A DNA stretch of 64,000 nt from assembly GCA_963768655.1 (NCBI GenBank), contig CAVYIM010000009.1:231440-295439 (forward strand). Direction: 5' to 3'. This document shows positions 40,425 through 49,313 of this stretch, piece by piece. The translations under genes were made by a program, and so were the position numbers. How positions within the stretch are numbered: the first letter of the stretch is position 1; the number at the start of each line of letters is the position of its first letter. The notes under the pieces were generated by a model. The model was not told where the DNA came from, ran no database searches, and saw nothing but the letters and a program-made list of their open reading frames with translations. Source of the stretch: an uncultured Chloroflexia bacterium (GTDB lineage Bacteria > Chloroflexota > Limnocylindria > Limnocylindrales > CSP1-4).

Positions 40425-41282
40425 TCAGCGAACCTGGAAGGAGCGCTTCGCCAGGCCGAGCCAGTAGCCGTCGATCGTGAACGTGGGCGCCTCGCCCGGT
40501 TCTGTGGCGGCGCCCAGGGCGACGAAGAGCGGCGCGAAGTGCTCGACCGTCGGGTGGGCATAGGGCATTCCCGGCGCCCGGTTGCGGAAGTCGAAGAGGG
40601 CGTCCAGGTCGCCCCGCTCGAGCGTCTCGGCGGCCCAGCGGTCGAACTCGACCGACCATTCGGGGGCGCCCGCACGTCCGTCCCAGTACTCGTGCACGAA
40701 CGGCAGGCCGTGGGTCATGAAGCCGCTGCCCATGACCAGCACGCCCTCATCGCGCAGCGGCGCGAGCCGCCGGCCGATCTCGAACAGATGCGCCGGCTGC
40801 AGGTCCGGCATCGAGATCTGGAGGACCGGGATGTCGGCCTCGGGGTACATCGGAATGAGCGGCACGTAAGCGCCGTGGTCGAGGCCACGGTCCGGGCGCT
40901 CCGCCACTTCCTCGCCGGGCGGCATCAGGGCCTTGACCCGGGCCGCCAGCTCGGGCGCCCCGGGCGAGTCATAGCGGACGCGGTAGTAGCGCTCCGGGAA
41001 TCCGTAGAAGTCGTACACCAGCGGCGCCGGAGCGGTGGCTCCGAGTGTCAGCGGCGCCGACTGCCAGTGAGCGCTGACGGTGAGGATGGCCCGCGGCCGC
41101 GGCAGTGCCCCGGCCCATGCCGCCAGCTCGGCCGGCCAGGTCTCGTCGTCGAGGAGCGTGGGCGCGCCATGGCCGAGATAGAGGGCCGGCATTCGACCCG
41201 GTTCGGCCGCATCCGCCAGCCGGCCTGCCGCTTCGGTGGAGGTCGCCGCCCGCTCGCCCGCCGGCCAGCTCGAATCAGGCAT
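40425..41282 (-). CDS. DODA/LigB-family (YgiD-like) extradiol dioxygenase
   Basis: YLGHGAP, VSAHW, YDFYGFP, RGLDHGAYVPL, GSGFMTH, HPTVEHFAPL. Confidence 0.92.
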   Translation of the reverse strand: MPDSSWPAGERAATSTEAAGRLADAAEPGRMPALYLGHGAPTLLDDETWPAELAAWAGALPRPRAILTVSAHWQSAPLTLGATAPAPLVYDFYGFPERYYRVRYDSPGAPELAARVKALMPPGEEVAERPDRGLDHGAYVPLIPMYPEADIPVLQISMPDLQPAHLFEIGRRLAPLRDEGVLVMGSGFMTHGLPFVHEYWDGRAGAPEWSVEFDRWAAETLERGDLDALFDFRNRAPGMPYAHPTVEHFAPLFVALGAATEPGEAPTFTIDGYWLGLAKRSFQVR

Positions 41283-41814
41283 CGGGAAGTGCCTTGGCTA
41301 CGGTCGGGGGAATGGCCCCGGCGTGCATCTGGTCGTGGAGGGCCGTGAGCATCCGGAGGAGCGCACGCTGGTCCTCGGCAGTCAGGGCGTCGAAGAGGCC
41401 GGCGATCGAAGCCTGATAAGCCTCGAACTGAGCGGCGACGCGGTCGCGATTGCAGGTCAGCTCGACGAGCGTGACTCGGCGGTCGGTGGAGTGGGGGACG
41501 CGCCGGACAAGGCCCTCGGCCTCGAGCCCATCCACGAGTGCGGTCACATTCCGGGGCGTAACGCTGAGCTGGTCGGCCAGGTCCGCCATCCTCTGAGGCC
41601 CGAGGCAATGGATGGCGTGCAGGAGCCGCAGGCGCGGGACGCTCGCGCCGGCCTCTATAGCCCTTCGGTTCGCCCAGTGCTCGAAGGTGTTCACGAAGGC
41701 CGCCGTTTGGACGGCCAGCGCCGCCACCGGGGAACCGGTCGCGCCGGCCGGCGCGGCGACTTGGCCCATGCCTTCCACGCCCTGTGCGTCTGTCTCAGGA
41801 GATGCTGTAGACAT
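41275..41814 (-). CDS. MarR-family regulator
   Basis: MADLADQLSVTPRNVTALVDGLEAEGLVRR...DRRVTLVELT. Confidence 0.92.
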   Translation of the reverse strand: MSTASPETDAQGVEGMGQVAAPAGATGSPVAALAVQTAAFVNTFEHWANRRAIEAGASVPRLRLLHAIHCLGPQRMADLADQLSVTPRNVTALVDGLEAEGLVRRVPHSTDRRVTLVELTCNRDRVAAQFEAYQASIAGLFDALTAEDQRALLRMLTALHDQMHAGAIPPTVAKALPDA

Positions 41815-41842
41815 TCACTATCTTCCTTGGTATTGTTGTAGC

Positions 41843-41868
41843 TGCAATGTTACCACGGTAACGATGCA
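41843..41868. promoter_or_regulatory. Palindromic operator between divergent marR and LUD genes
   Basis: TGCA-at-GTTACC-ac-GGTAAC-ga-TGCA in an AT-rich intergenic region. Confidence 0.6.
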
Positions 41869-41992
41869 CTGTTACATCATATGGAGCGGAACTAAACCGA
41901 TAAGGTCCGGGCGATGATGTCGCCGGGGTCGAGACAGCCGCCCGACGAGCGCAGGGCCTCCATTCATCTACCCAGACAGGAAGAACGCTGAA

Positions 41993-42643
41993 ATGACCGA
42001 GACGGAGAACAAGACGATCGAGCGGTTGCCGGTTAACCTGGAGTTCGCCGCGCCGGCGGACGAGGCAGCCATCGAGCGGACCGCCGAGGCGCTGCGAAGC
42101 CGAGGCTTCGACGTCCGCATCGTCGATGGCGCGACGGAAGCCCGCGAGATCGTGCTGAGCCTGGTGCCCGAGGGCGCCGAGGTGAACCAGGGGGCGTCCG
42201 TAACTCTCCAGCAGATGGGCGTGACGGAGGCGCTCGAGCAGACCGGCCGCTACGACGCGCTTCGTCCCAGGCTGCGGTCCATGGATCGAGCGACGCAGAG
42301 GCGGGAGATGCGCAAGATCGGCGCGGCCCCGGACTTCTTCGTCAACAGCCTCCAGGCGGTGACGCAAGAGGGTCAGATGGTCGTCGCCTCCATGGGCGGC
42401 AGCCAGCTCGGCCCGATCGTTTCCGGCGCCGGTCGGGTGATCCTTGTCGTCGGCGCGCAGAAGGTGGTTCCGAATCTGGCGACGGCGTTCCGGCGGGTGG
42501 AGGAGTACGCGTATCCGCTCGAGGACGCTCGAGCGCAGGAGACGTACGGCTTCCGGAGCGCGATCAACAAGCTGCTGGTGCTCAACGGCGACTTCCCCGG
42601 CCGAACCACGGTGATCCTGGTTCACGAGTCCGTCGGGGTCTGA
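41993..42643 (+). CDS. LUD-domain (LutC/YkgG-like) protein
   Basis: GASVTL, FFVNSLQAVTQEG, GAGRVILVVGAQKVVPNL. Confidence 0.85.
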   Translation: MTETENKTIERLPVNLEFAAPADEAAIERTAEALRSRGFDVRIVDGATEAREIVLSLVPEGAEVNQGASVTLQQMGVTEALEQTGRYDALRPRLRSMDRATQRREMRKIGAAPDFFVNSLQAVTQEGQMVVASMGGSQLGPIVSGAGRVILVVGAQKVVPNLATAFRRVEEYAYPLEDARAQETYGFRSAINKLLVLNGDFPGRTTVILVHESVGV

Positions 42644-42705
42644 ATCTCCGCCGGCCCCGGTCGGTCCCAGGCTCTCGGCACCCGCCAGCCGATCCCGGTC
42701 AGGAG

Positions 42706-42734
42706 TTGCGACTCAGTCTCAATAGTGTTATCGT
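42706..42734 (+). promoter_or_regulatory. Sigma-70 promoter overlapped by a Zur/Fur-type box
   Basis: TTGCGA-N17-TATCGT with TG extension; near-palindrome TTGCGACT-C-AGTCTCAA at 42706-42722 covers the -35. Confidence 0.75.
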
Positions 42735-42773
42735 CGGCCGCGCAAACGATCAGGCGTAGACGGGTGCCCCGAA

Positions 42774-43679
42774 TTGAGACCGAGCCGAATCATCACCCTC
42801 ACACTGGCGGCGACCACGCTTCTCGGCGGCTGCGCCGGCGCCTCGACTGCCGGTAGCTCCGGCGGCAAGCTGACGGTCGTGACGACAACGACCGTCTTCG
42901 CGGACATGGTCGCGAACGTCGGCGGCGACCTGGTATCGGTCACGAGCATCGTGCCCAAGAACGCGGACGTCCACACTTTCGAGCCGCTCCCTGACAGCGT
43001 CCGGATGGTCGCCAGCGCGAAGCTCCTGGTGATGAACGGGCTCGGACTGGACGACTGGCTCCAGAAGACGATCACCGATGCCGCGGCCACGGGGACGTCC
43101 CTGCTCCAGCTCGGCGTCGACCTGCCGGGCGTGACCTTCCTGCCCGGCGATACCGCGGGCACCGAGAATCCACATCTGTGGATGGACGTCAAGTACGCCG
43201 AGCTCTACGTGGACAGGATCGCCACTGCTCTCGGGTCGGTCGATCCGGCTCACGCCGCCACGTACGAAACGCAGGCCGCCGCCTATAACCAGCAGCTCGA
43301 AACCCTGGACTCCTGGGTCCGGGCGCAGATCGCGACGATCCCGGTGGCGAACCGCAAGCTCGTCACCTTCCATGACGCCTTTCCCTACTACGCCCGCGAG
43401 TACGGCATTACGATCGTCGGCGTCGCCGTGGAGGCGCCCGGTCAGGACCCCAGCGCCGGCTACACGGCCCAGCTCATCACGGCCATCCAGAACGCAGGAG
43501 TGAAGGCCATCTTCAGCGAGGCTCAGTTCCCGGCCAAGCTCGTCGATGAACTGGCGTCGGAGACGGGCTGCAAGGTCGTGGCCAACCTGTACGACGATGC
43601 CCTGGGCGATCCACCCGTGACGAGCTACGAGGAGGTCATCCGCTGGGACACCACTCAGCTCGTCGAGGCGCTGAGCTGA
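42774..43679 (+). CDS. znuA: Zn/Mn ABC transporter substrate-binding lipoprotein
   Basis: Lipobox LLGGC; DVHTFEP, NPHLWMD, TFHDAFPYY. Confidence 0.9.
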   Translation: MRPSRIITLTLAATTLLGGCAGASTAGSSGGKLTVVTTTTVFADMVANVGGDLVSVTSIVPKNADVHTFEPLPDSVRMVASAKLLVMNGLGLDDWLQKTITDAAATGTSLLQLGVDLPGVTFLPGDTAGTENPHLWMDVKYAELYVDRIATALGSVDPAHAATYETQAAAYNQQLETLDSWVRAQIATIPVANRKLVTFHDAFPYYAREYGITIVGVAVEAPGQDPSAGYTAQLITAIQNAGVKAIFSEAQFPAKLVDELASETGCKVVANLYDDALGDPPVTSYEEVIRWDTTQLVEALS

Positions 43680-44638
43680 TGGGCGGGATCATGAGCGGCC
43701 GAATCGGGCGTCTGCCCGCCAGAAGCGGAGCACCGACGCTCGCCGCGACTCAACTCCAAGCGCCCGGGGCCGTTGTCTCGGCCCAGGTCGGTGGGCCGAT
43801 GGAGGCCGTCGGGGCGCCGATTCCCGCGATCCGCCTCAAGGGCGTCACGGCCGGGTACGGAGAACGAATCGCGCTCGATGACGTGGACCTGGAGATCCCC
43901 CTCGGAGCGCTCGTTGCGGTCGTGGGGCCCAACGGGGGCGGCAAGTCCACACTTCTCAAGCTCATCGCCGGGGTCCTGAAGCCCTGGACAGGGACGGTCG
44001 AAGTGCTGGGCGCCCGGGCCGGCCGCGAGGCGCATCGCGTCGCCTACGTGCCGCAGGCGGAGCTGGTCGACTGGTCGTTCCCCGTCAACGTCTGGAACGT
44101 GGCGATGATGGGCCGCTATCCGCGCCTGGGGCCGCTGCGCCAGCCGAGCCGCGCCGACAACGAGGCGGTAGAGGAGGCCCTGGAGCGCGTGGGGATGCTG
44201 GATCGGGCACGCTCGCCGATCGGGGCGCTCTCCGGCGGGCAGCGGCGCCGTGCCTTCCTGGCCCGCGCGATGGCCGCCGAGGTCGACCTGTACCTGCTCG
44301 ACGAGCCGGTCACCGGCGTCGACATCCCAACCCAGGAAGCCATCATGGCGCTCCTCGTGGCCGAGGCGGAGAGCGGCAAAGCCGTCGTCGCCACGACCCA
44401 CGACCTGGCCGCCGCTGCCCGCCATTTCCGATCGATCGTCGCCGTGAACCGTTGCATCGTGGCTTCGGGGCCTGCCGACCTCGTGACCAACGCGGACGTC
44501 CTGGCGCGGACCTACGGCGAGCACCTGCTGATGCTGGGCGACCGCGTCGGGATACTGGACGATTCCCACCACCACGACGACCCGGCCGGCCGCACGGAGC
44601 GCCACTTCCACGAGGACCACCCGGAGGGCAGGTCGTGA
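43679..44638 (+). CDS. znuC: Zn/Mn ABC transporter ATP-binding protein (start may be 43799)
   Basis: GPNGGGKST, AYVPQ, LSGGQRRR, LLDEP; His-rich C-terminus. Confidence 0.9.
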   Translation: MGGIMSGRIGRLPARSGAPTLAATQLQAPGAVVSAQVGGPMEAVGAPIPAIRLKGVTAGYGERIALDDVDLEIPLGALVAVVGPNGGGKSTLLKLIAGVLKPWTGTVEVLGARAGREAHRVAYVPQAELVDWSFPVNVWNVAMMGRYPRLGPLRQPSRADNEAVEEALERVGMLDRARSPIGALSGGQRRRAFLARAMAAEVDLYLLDEPVTGVDIPTQEAIMALLVAEAESGKAVVATTHDLAAAARHFRSIVAVNRCIVASGPADLVTNADVLARTYGEHLLMLGDRVGILDDSHHHDDPAGRTERHFHEDHPEGRS

Positions 44639-45481
44639 ACCTGGTGGTCGATCCTCTGGGATATGCGTTCTTCGTTCGGGCGCTCGTGGCGTCTGCCATC
44701 GTGGGGCTGGTCTGCGCCACGGTCGGCAGCTACATGGTCCTGCGCGGGCTGGCCTTCATGGGCGATGCGCTGAGCCACTCTGCGTTCCCGGGAGTGGTGG
44801 TCGCGTACATGGTCAAGGGGCCGTTCTATCTCGGGGCCTCGTTGGCCGCTGTCGGCACCGCGCTGGCGATCGGCTGGGTCACGCGCCAGGGCAAGGTCAA
44901 GAGCGATGCCGCGATCGGCGTCCTGTTCGCGGGGATGTTCGCCCTGGGCGTCTTCCTGTTCAGCCTGATCCCCAACTATGTCGGCGATCTGCTGGGTTTC
45001 CTGTTCGGCGAGGTGCTGGGCATCGGCGTCAGCGACCTGATCTCGTTGACGGTCCTTGGAGTGCTCGTCCTTGGGACGGTGGCGCTCCTCTGGAAGGAAC
45101 TGCTCTACTCCACGTTCGACCCGCTCGGAGCCGCAGCGTCCGGGCTGCCGGTGAGCCGGCTGGACTACCTGCTGCTGGCGCTGATCGCCCTCACGATCGT
45201 CATCAGCCTCCAGGCCGTTGGGATCGTCCTCGTCGTGGCGATGCTGGTCACCCCGGCGGCGACGGCGCAGGCTGCTCTCACGGAGCTTCGGCCGCCTCGT
45301 CCTGATCGCGGCCACGATCGGAGTCGTGAGCCCGATCGTCGGGCTGTACGGCAGCTACTGGCTCAACTCCGCCAGCGGCGCCACGGTCGTCCTGGTGGAG
45401 AGCGGCGTGTTTGTCGCGACCCTCGCGGCGACCACGCTTCTGGAGCGGTTCGCCCACCGGACCAAGCAGGCGGTGGCATAG
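44635..45481 (+). CDS. znuB: Zn/Mn ABC transporter permease (frameshift near 45270-45290)
   Basis: AFMGDALSHSAFPG, FLFGEVLG, QAVGIVLVVAMLVTPAATA; C-terminus continues in another frame (SGATVVL). Confidence 0.88.
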
Positions 45482-45499
45482 CGGGCCACCCGGCGTCGC

Positions 45500-45970
45500 T
45501 CAGGTCGACATCGCCGCCTGGCAGGACGGGCAGAGCCCGAACAGCTCGACGCGATGGCGGTCGACGCGGTAGCCGGTCCGGCGCTCGACCTCGGCGATGA
45601 TCGGCGTCATGCCCAACTGTTCGAGATCGACCGCACGCTGGCAGCGCGTGCAGACCAGGTGGTGATGATGACCGCGCGAGTCGCAGCGGACGTAGGAGTG
45701 CTCGCCGTTGGGCAGATCGAGGCGCTCGACCGCACCCAGGCCCACCAGCACCTCGAGCGTCCGGAAGATCGTAGCCCTCGCCACGCCCATCTTCCGGCGC
45801 CGCGAATCCGCTACCAGGTCCGCTGTCTCGAACGCGCCGTCCCGGCTCGCTATCAGCTCCGCGACCGCGCGCCTCGCGCCGGTCGTGCGGTGGCCGGCGT
45901 CCTCGAGGACTCGAATGAGCTCCGCTCCGGCAGGATCGCCGCTCGGTTGTCGATTCTGCATGGCGGCCAT
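45500..45970 (-). CDS. zur: Fur-family regulator, probably Zur
   Basis: RATIFRTL, HHHHLVCTRC, HRVELFGLCPSC; adjacent to the Zn ABC operon. Confidence 0.85.
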   Translation of the reverse strand: MAAMQNRQPSGDPAGAELIRVLEDAGHRTTGARRAVAELIASRDGAFETADLVADSRRRKMGVARATIFRTLEVLVGLGAVERLDLPNGEHSYVRCDSRGHHHHLVCTRCQRAVDLEQLGMTPIIAEVERRTGYRVDRHRVELFGLCPSCQAAMST

Positions 45971-46088
45971 GATAGGCCGCGAGCCTGCGACGCGGGTCGA
46001 TCCGCGGACCCGATCCGCGATACAGTGGGGCGGCCGCGGGTCAGGGCGCCCTTGCCGCGACCTCATGCTCGGCGCAGGGAGATCGGCG

Positions 46089-46304
46089 ATGAGACGTTCC
46101 TTCGTTGCCGGCGCGATGGGCGGGTTCGTCGCGTTCGGCGTCCTGGCGGTCCTCGCCGCCGTGATGATGCGGCGGCTCATGCCGGCGATGATGCCGCGCA
46201 TGATGGAGCGGATGATGAGCGAGGGAGGCTGCTGCTCCGACGAAATGCGGCCCTGCATGGAGCGCTGCGGCTGCGGCCGATCGGGAGAGCCCGGTTCGGA
46301 CTGA
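46089..46304 (+). CDS. 71-aa Met/Cys-rich membrane-anchored small protein
   Basis: GGGAG RBS; TM helix then MMRRLMPAMMPRMMERMMSEGGCCSDEMRPCMERCGC. Confidence 0.65.
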   Translation: MRRSFVAGAMGGFVAFGVLAVLAAVMMRRLMPAMMPRMMERMMSEGGCCSDEMRPCMERCGCGRSGEPGSD

Positions 46305-46752
46305 CGGGCTCTGGGCGGCGCGCTGCGCAAGGCCTGGATCGGTTCCCGGCCCGGTGGCTGACCAGGTCACCCGGCCGGCCAGTCCAGGCCATGATTGCTT
46401 CGGGAGCGCCACGCCTGGCGGCGGCGCGGGCGCCCTCCGCGAGCCGACGCTCGAACGCACGGGCGCTCGAAACACCCGATGCCGTCGGCTTTGAGTCATC
46501 TACGCCTGGCGGGCGTGTTGGACGCGAATGCCGGGCCCGGCGCACCGAAAACGGCTCCCACCAGGGCTTCGTCATGCTCGGCTGAGCGTGGACCAGGCTC
46601 CTACAGGCGTCTCGTTCGCCCCGAACGGCGCCGGTCGCGGATGACACGCCTGGTGGGCGTATCTGCAAGAAACTCAGCCCGGCCCCGGAGCGCCGCCGCA
46701 TCCACGGTCGAATCCAGGCTCCGCGGCCGCCGCCGCGGCAGCCCGCGTCCAA

Positions 46753-47205
46753 TCAGGGGGCAGGCGCCTCGCGGTCGAGGCGCCTGCGGAGCAGCGCGGC
46801 GCTGACGGGGCAGGCGCCGGTGAACTCGGGCAATTCGAGCATGGCAGCGGGGACGATCTCGCGTCCGCCCGCTTCGTAGCCGAGCCGCGGGAACCAACCG
46901 GCGGCGGTCTCGGTCAGGAGGAACAGCTCGGCGATGCCGCGGGCGGCGGCGACCGCCTCGGCTCGCTCGACGAGGAGGCGTCCAAGCCCCGACCCGCGGC
47001 GACCCGCATCGACGCAGACCGATCGGAGAAGCCCCGCCGTTCCGTAGGGCTCGATGGCGGCGCAGCCGACGACTCGGCCGTTCTCACGGGCGACGACAGC
47101 CATGCCGACCGCAAGTTCGAGACCGGCCGTCGGCAGCTCGCTCGCCCGAAGAAGGGCTTCGATCGCCGGCAGGTCGCCCGCTCGCGCCGGCTCGATCGCG
47201 ATCAT
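46753..47205 (-). CDS. arsN2: Arsenic-resistance GNAT acetyltransferase (ArsN2-like)
   Basis: GLLRSVCV, RRGSGLG, LFLLTETAAGWF, EFTGACPVSA; coupled to arsM. Confidence 0.85.
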   Translation of the reverse strand: MIAIEPARAGDLPAIEALLRASELPTAGLELAVGMAVVARENGRVVGCAAIEPYGTAGLLRSVCVDAGRRGSGLGRLLVERAEAVAAARGIAELFLLTETAAGWFPRLGYEAGGREIVPAAMLELPEFTGACPVSAALLRRRLDREAPAP

Positions 47206-48011
47206 CCGCAGTTGCCGCCGCAACCGCACGACTGCGGCCCGGCCTGGGCCGCGGTGGGCGCCGGCGCAAGAGCTTGCGCCCCGGCCGCGCTCGCCGCCGG
47301 CTTGGAGGCCTTGACGATGGCGCTGTACATGCGGTCGGCGACCTGATGGCTGACCGTCACCGAGACGTCCGTCAGGCCGACAGCCTCGAGCCCCATTCGG
47401 AACTCGGAGAAGGTCAGGGCCCCGGCGACGCAGCCGATGTAGGTGCCGCGCTCGGCACGCTGTTCGGCCGTGAGCGAATCGTCGGCGACGATGTCGGTGA
47501 TGCCGATCCGCCCGCCCGGACGTAGGACACGGGCGATCTCGCGGAATACAGCGGGCTTGTCCGCGGCCAGGTTGACCACGCAGTTGCTGATCACGACGTC
47601 GATCGAGGCGGCTGGCAGCGGGATCGCCTCGATATGGCCCTTGAGGAACTCGACGTTGGTGGCGCCGGCCTCCGCGGCGTTGCGCTGCGCCAGGGCCAGC
47701 ATCTCGTCCGTCATGTCCAGGCCGAAAGCTCGACCCGCCGGCCCGACGCGCCTGGCAGAGAGAAGCACGTCGATGCCGCCGCCGGAGCCGAGGTCGAGCA
47801 CACGCTCGCCCTCGTGGAGCTCCGCGACCGCGATCGGATTGCCGCAGCCCAGCGAAGCCATGACCGCGGCGCCCGGCAGTTCATCGCGCTCCATGGCGGA
47901 GTAGAACGCGCTGCCGTAGTCGCCGGCGTCGCCACAGCAGCTCTCGCCGTTGAGCACGCCGAGCGCCTCCTGCGCGTAGTGGAGACGGACGGTTTCATGG
48001 ATGTCGGTCAT
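47202..48011 (-). CDS. arsM: Arsenite S-adenosylmethionine methyltransferase
   Basis: SCCG, SLGCGNP, VLDLGSGGGID, VISNCVVNL, GCVAGA; Cys-rich tail. Confidence 0.94.
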   Translation of the reverse strand: MTDIHETVRLHYAQEALGVLNGESCCGDAGDYGSAFYSAMERDELPGAAVMASLGCGNPIAVAELHEGERVLDLGSGGGIDVLLSARRVGPAGRAFGLDMTDEMLALAQRNAAEAGATNVEFLKGHIEAIPLPAASIDVVISNCVVNLAADKPAVFREIARVLRPGGRIGITDIVADDSLTAEQRAERGTYIGCVAGALTFSEFRMGLEAVGLTDVSVTVSHQVADRMYSAIVKASKPAASAAGAQALAPAPTAAQAGPQSCGCGGNCG

Positions 48012-48023
48012 CGGAGGCCTCGC

Positions 48024-48200
48024 TCAGCAGGCGCAGGGGGCGGGAGTCCGGGCGGGGGTGCGCACCGGCAGGACGAAGAGGCGGAGCCGGCTCGAAAGCC
48101 GCAGCCCGTTCCCGGTGCCGGAGCGGCGGGCCTCGCGTGCCTCTCGGAGGCGCTCCTCCGTGAGCAGTCTGACGATCTCGGGGCTGTAATACATCGACAT
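48024..48200 (-). CDS. 58-aa small protein ending in Cys-Ala-Cys, first gene of the arsM operon
   Basis: Strong GAAAGGAG RBS; MSMYYSPEIVRLLTEERLREAREARR...PAPCAC*; not in the ORF track. Confidence 0.7.
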   Translation of the reverse strand: MSMYYSPEIVRLLTEERLREAREARRSGTGNGLRLSSRLRLFVLPVRTPARTPAPCAC

Positions 48201-48237
48201 GGATCGATCTCCTTTCGAAGCGTACCATAGGTACTAT

Positions 48238-48269
48238 ATCGAGACTTGTCAATATCTATCGCAATCGAT
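48238..48269. promoter_or_regulatory. Two tandem ArsR-like operator boxes in the divergent promoter
   Basis: ATCGA-N6-TCAAT (48238-48253) and ATCTA-N6-TCGAT (48254-48269). Confidence 0.6.
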
Positions 48270-48280
48270 ATTCTGGCGGC

Positions 48281-48625
48281 ATGAAGCGATCGACCGATCC
48301 CGATGTCCTCCTGCTCCAGGCCACGGCCGATCCCACGCGCCTGTCGATCCTGAGACAGCTCAGCGCCGAGGGCGCCGTCTGCGCGTGCGACTTCTCCGAC
48401 TGCTGCGGAGTCGGGCAGCCGACGGTTTCGCACCACCTGCGCGTCCTGCGCGAGGCGGGCTGGGTGACGGCGGACCGGCGCGGGACGTGGATCTGGTACG
48501 CCATCCGGCCGGAAGCGGTGGCCCGTTTCCGCGAGCTGGCCGGCGGGCTGGCGGCGGGTCCGGCTCGGCCGGTCGCGGCTCTTTCGAGCCGGGCTCGGCC
48601 TCTGGCGGTTCAGTCCGCCGACTAG
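48281..48625 (+). CDS. arsR: ArsR/SmtB-family repressor
   Basis: ADPTRLSIL, VCACDF, QPTVSHHLRVLREAG, RRGTWIWY. Confidence 0.92.
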   Translation: MKRSTDPDVLLLQATADPTRLSILRQLSAEGAVCACDFSDCCGVGQPTVSHHLRVLREAGWVTADRRGTWIWYAIRPEAVARFRELAGGLAAGPARPVAALSSRARPLAVQSAD

Positions 48626-48771
48626 GGAGGCTCGGACTACCTGCCGGGGCGCCTGGTGGGCCAGGTCGCGGTCCCTCTGGCATTCGGGCGGAGGCCATCT
48701 CAGAATCGTCGTCTCGGCCGTGTCTGAGCGGCCGCAGGCTCCGCTCCACGGGAGGACAACGAGGGACCGAC

Positions 48772-49227
48772 ATGGCGCCCGAACCAACCCGCGTCCTGTT
48801 CATCTGCACGGGCAACTCCGCCCGCAGCCAGATCGCTGAAGCGCTGCTCACCGTCCTCGGCGGCCCGGATTTCGCCGCCTTCTCCGCGGGGACCGATCCG
48901 CAGGGTGTTCGCCCCGAGACGCTCCGCGTCCTCGAAGAGCTCCGCATCAACTGGTCCGGCGCCCGTAGCAAGTCGGTGACCGAGTTCCTCGGCCAGCCCT
49001 TCGACTACGTGATCACCGTCTGCGATCGAGCGCGGCAGACGTGCCCGGTCTTCCCCGGCCGGCACGAGACGCTGCACTGGGATATCGCCGATCCAGTCGA
49101 GGTCGAAGGTTCGGACGAGGAGCGTCTGGATGCCTTCCGGCGGACTCGGGCGGAAGTCACCGAACGGCTGCTGAAGTTCATCGAAGCGACGCAGATCCCC
49201 ACTGGCGGGCCTCCCGCCGCCGGCTGA
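48772..49227 (+). CDS. arsC: Arsenate reductase (LMW-PTP/thioredoxin type)
   Basis: FICTGNSARSQIAE, SAGT, VITVCD...CPVFPG, HWDIADP. Confidence 0.92.
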   Translation: MAPEPTRVLFICTGNSARSQIAEALLTVLGGPDFAAFSAGTDPQGVRPETLRVLEELRINWSGARSKSVTEFLGQPFDYVITVCDRARQTCPVFPGRHETLHWDIADPVEVEGSDEERLDAFRRTRAEVTERLLKFIEATQIPTGGPPAAG

Positions 49228-49313
49228 TCGTCGATTGCCCGGGCGCGGCTGGTCGCCGGTCCGGTCCGGCCCGTCCGCGTCCGACTATGAGCCCGCCATT
49301 CGGCTCCTGGCGC

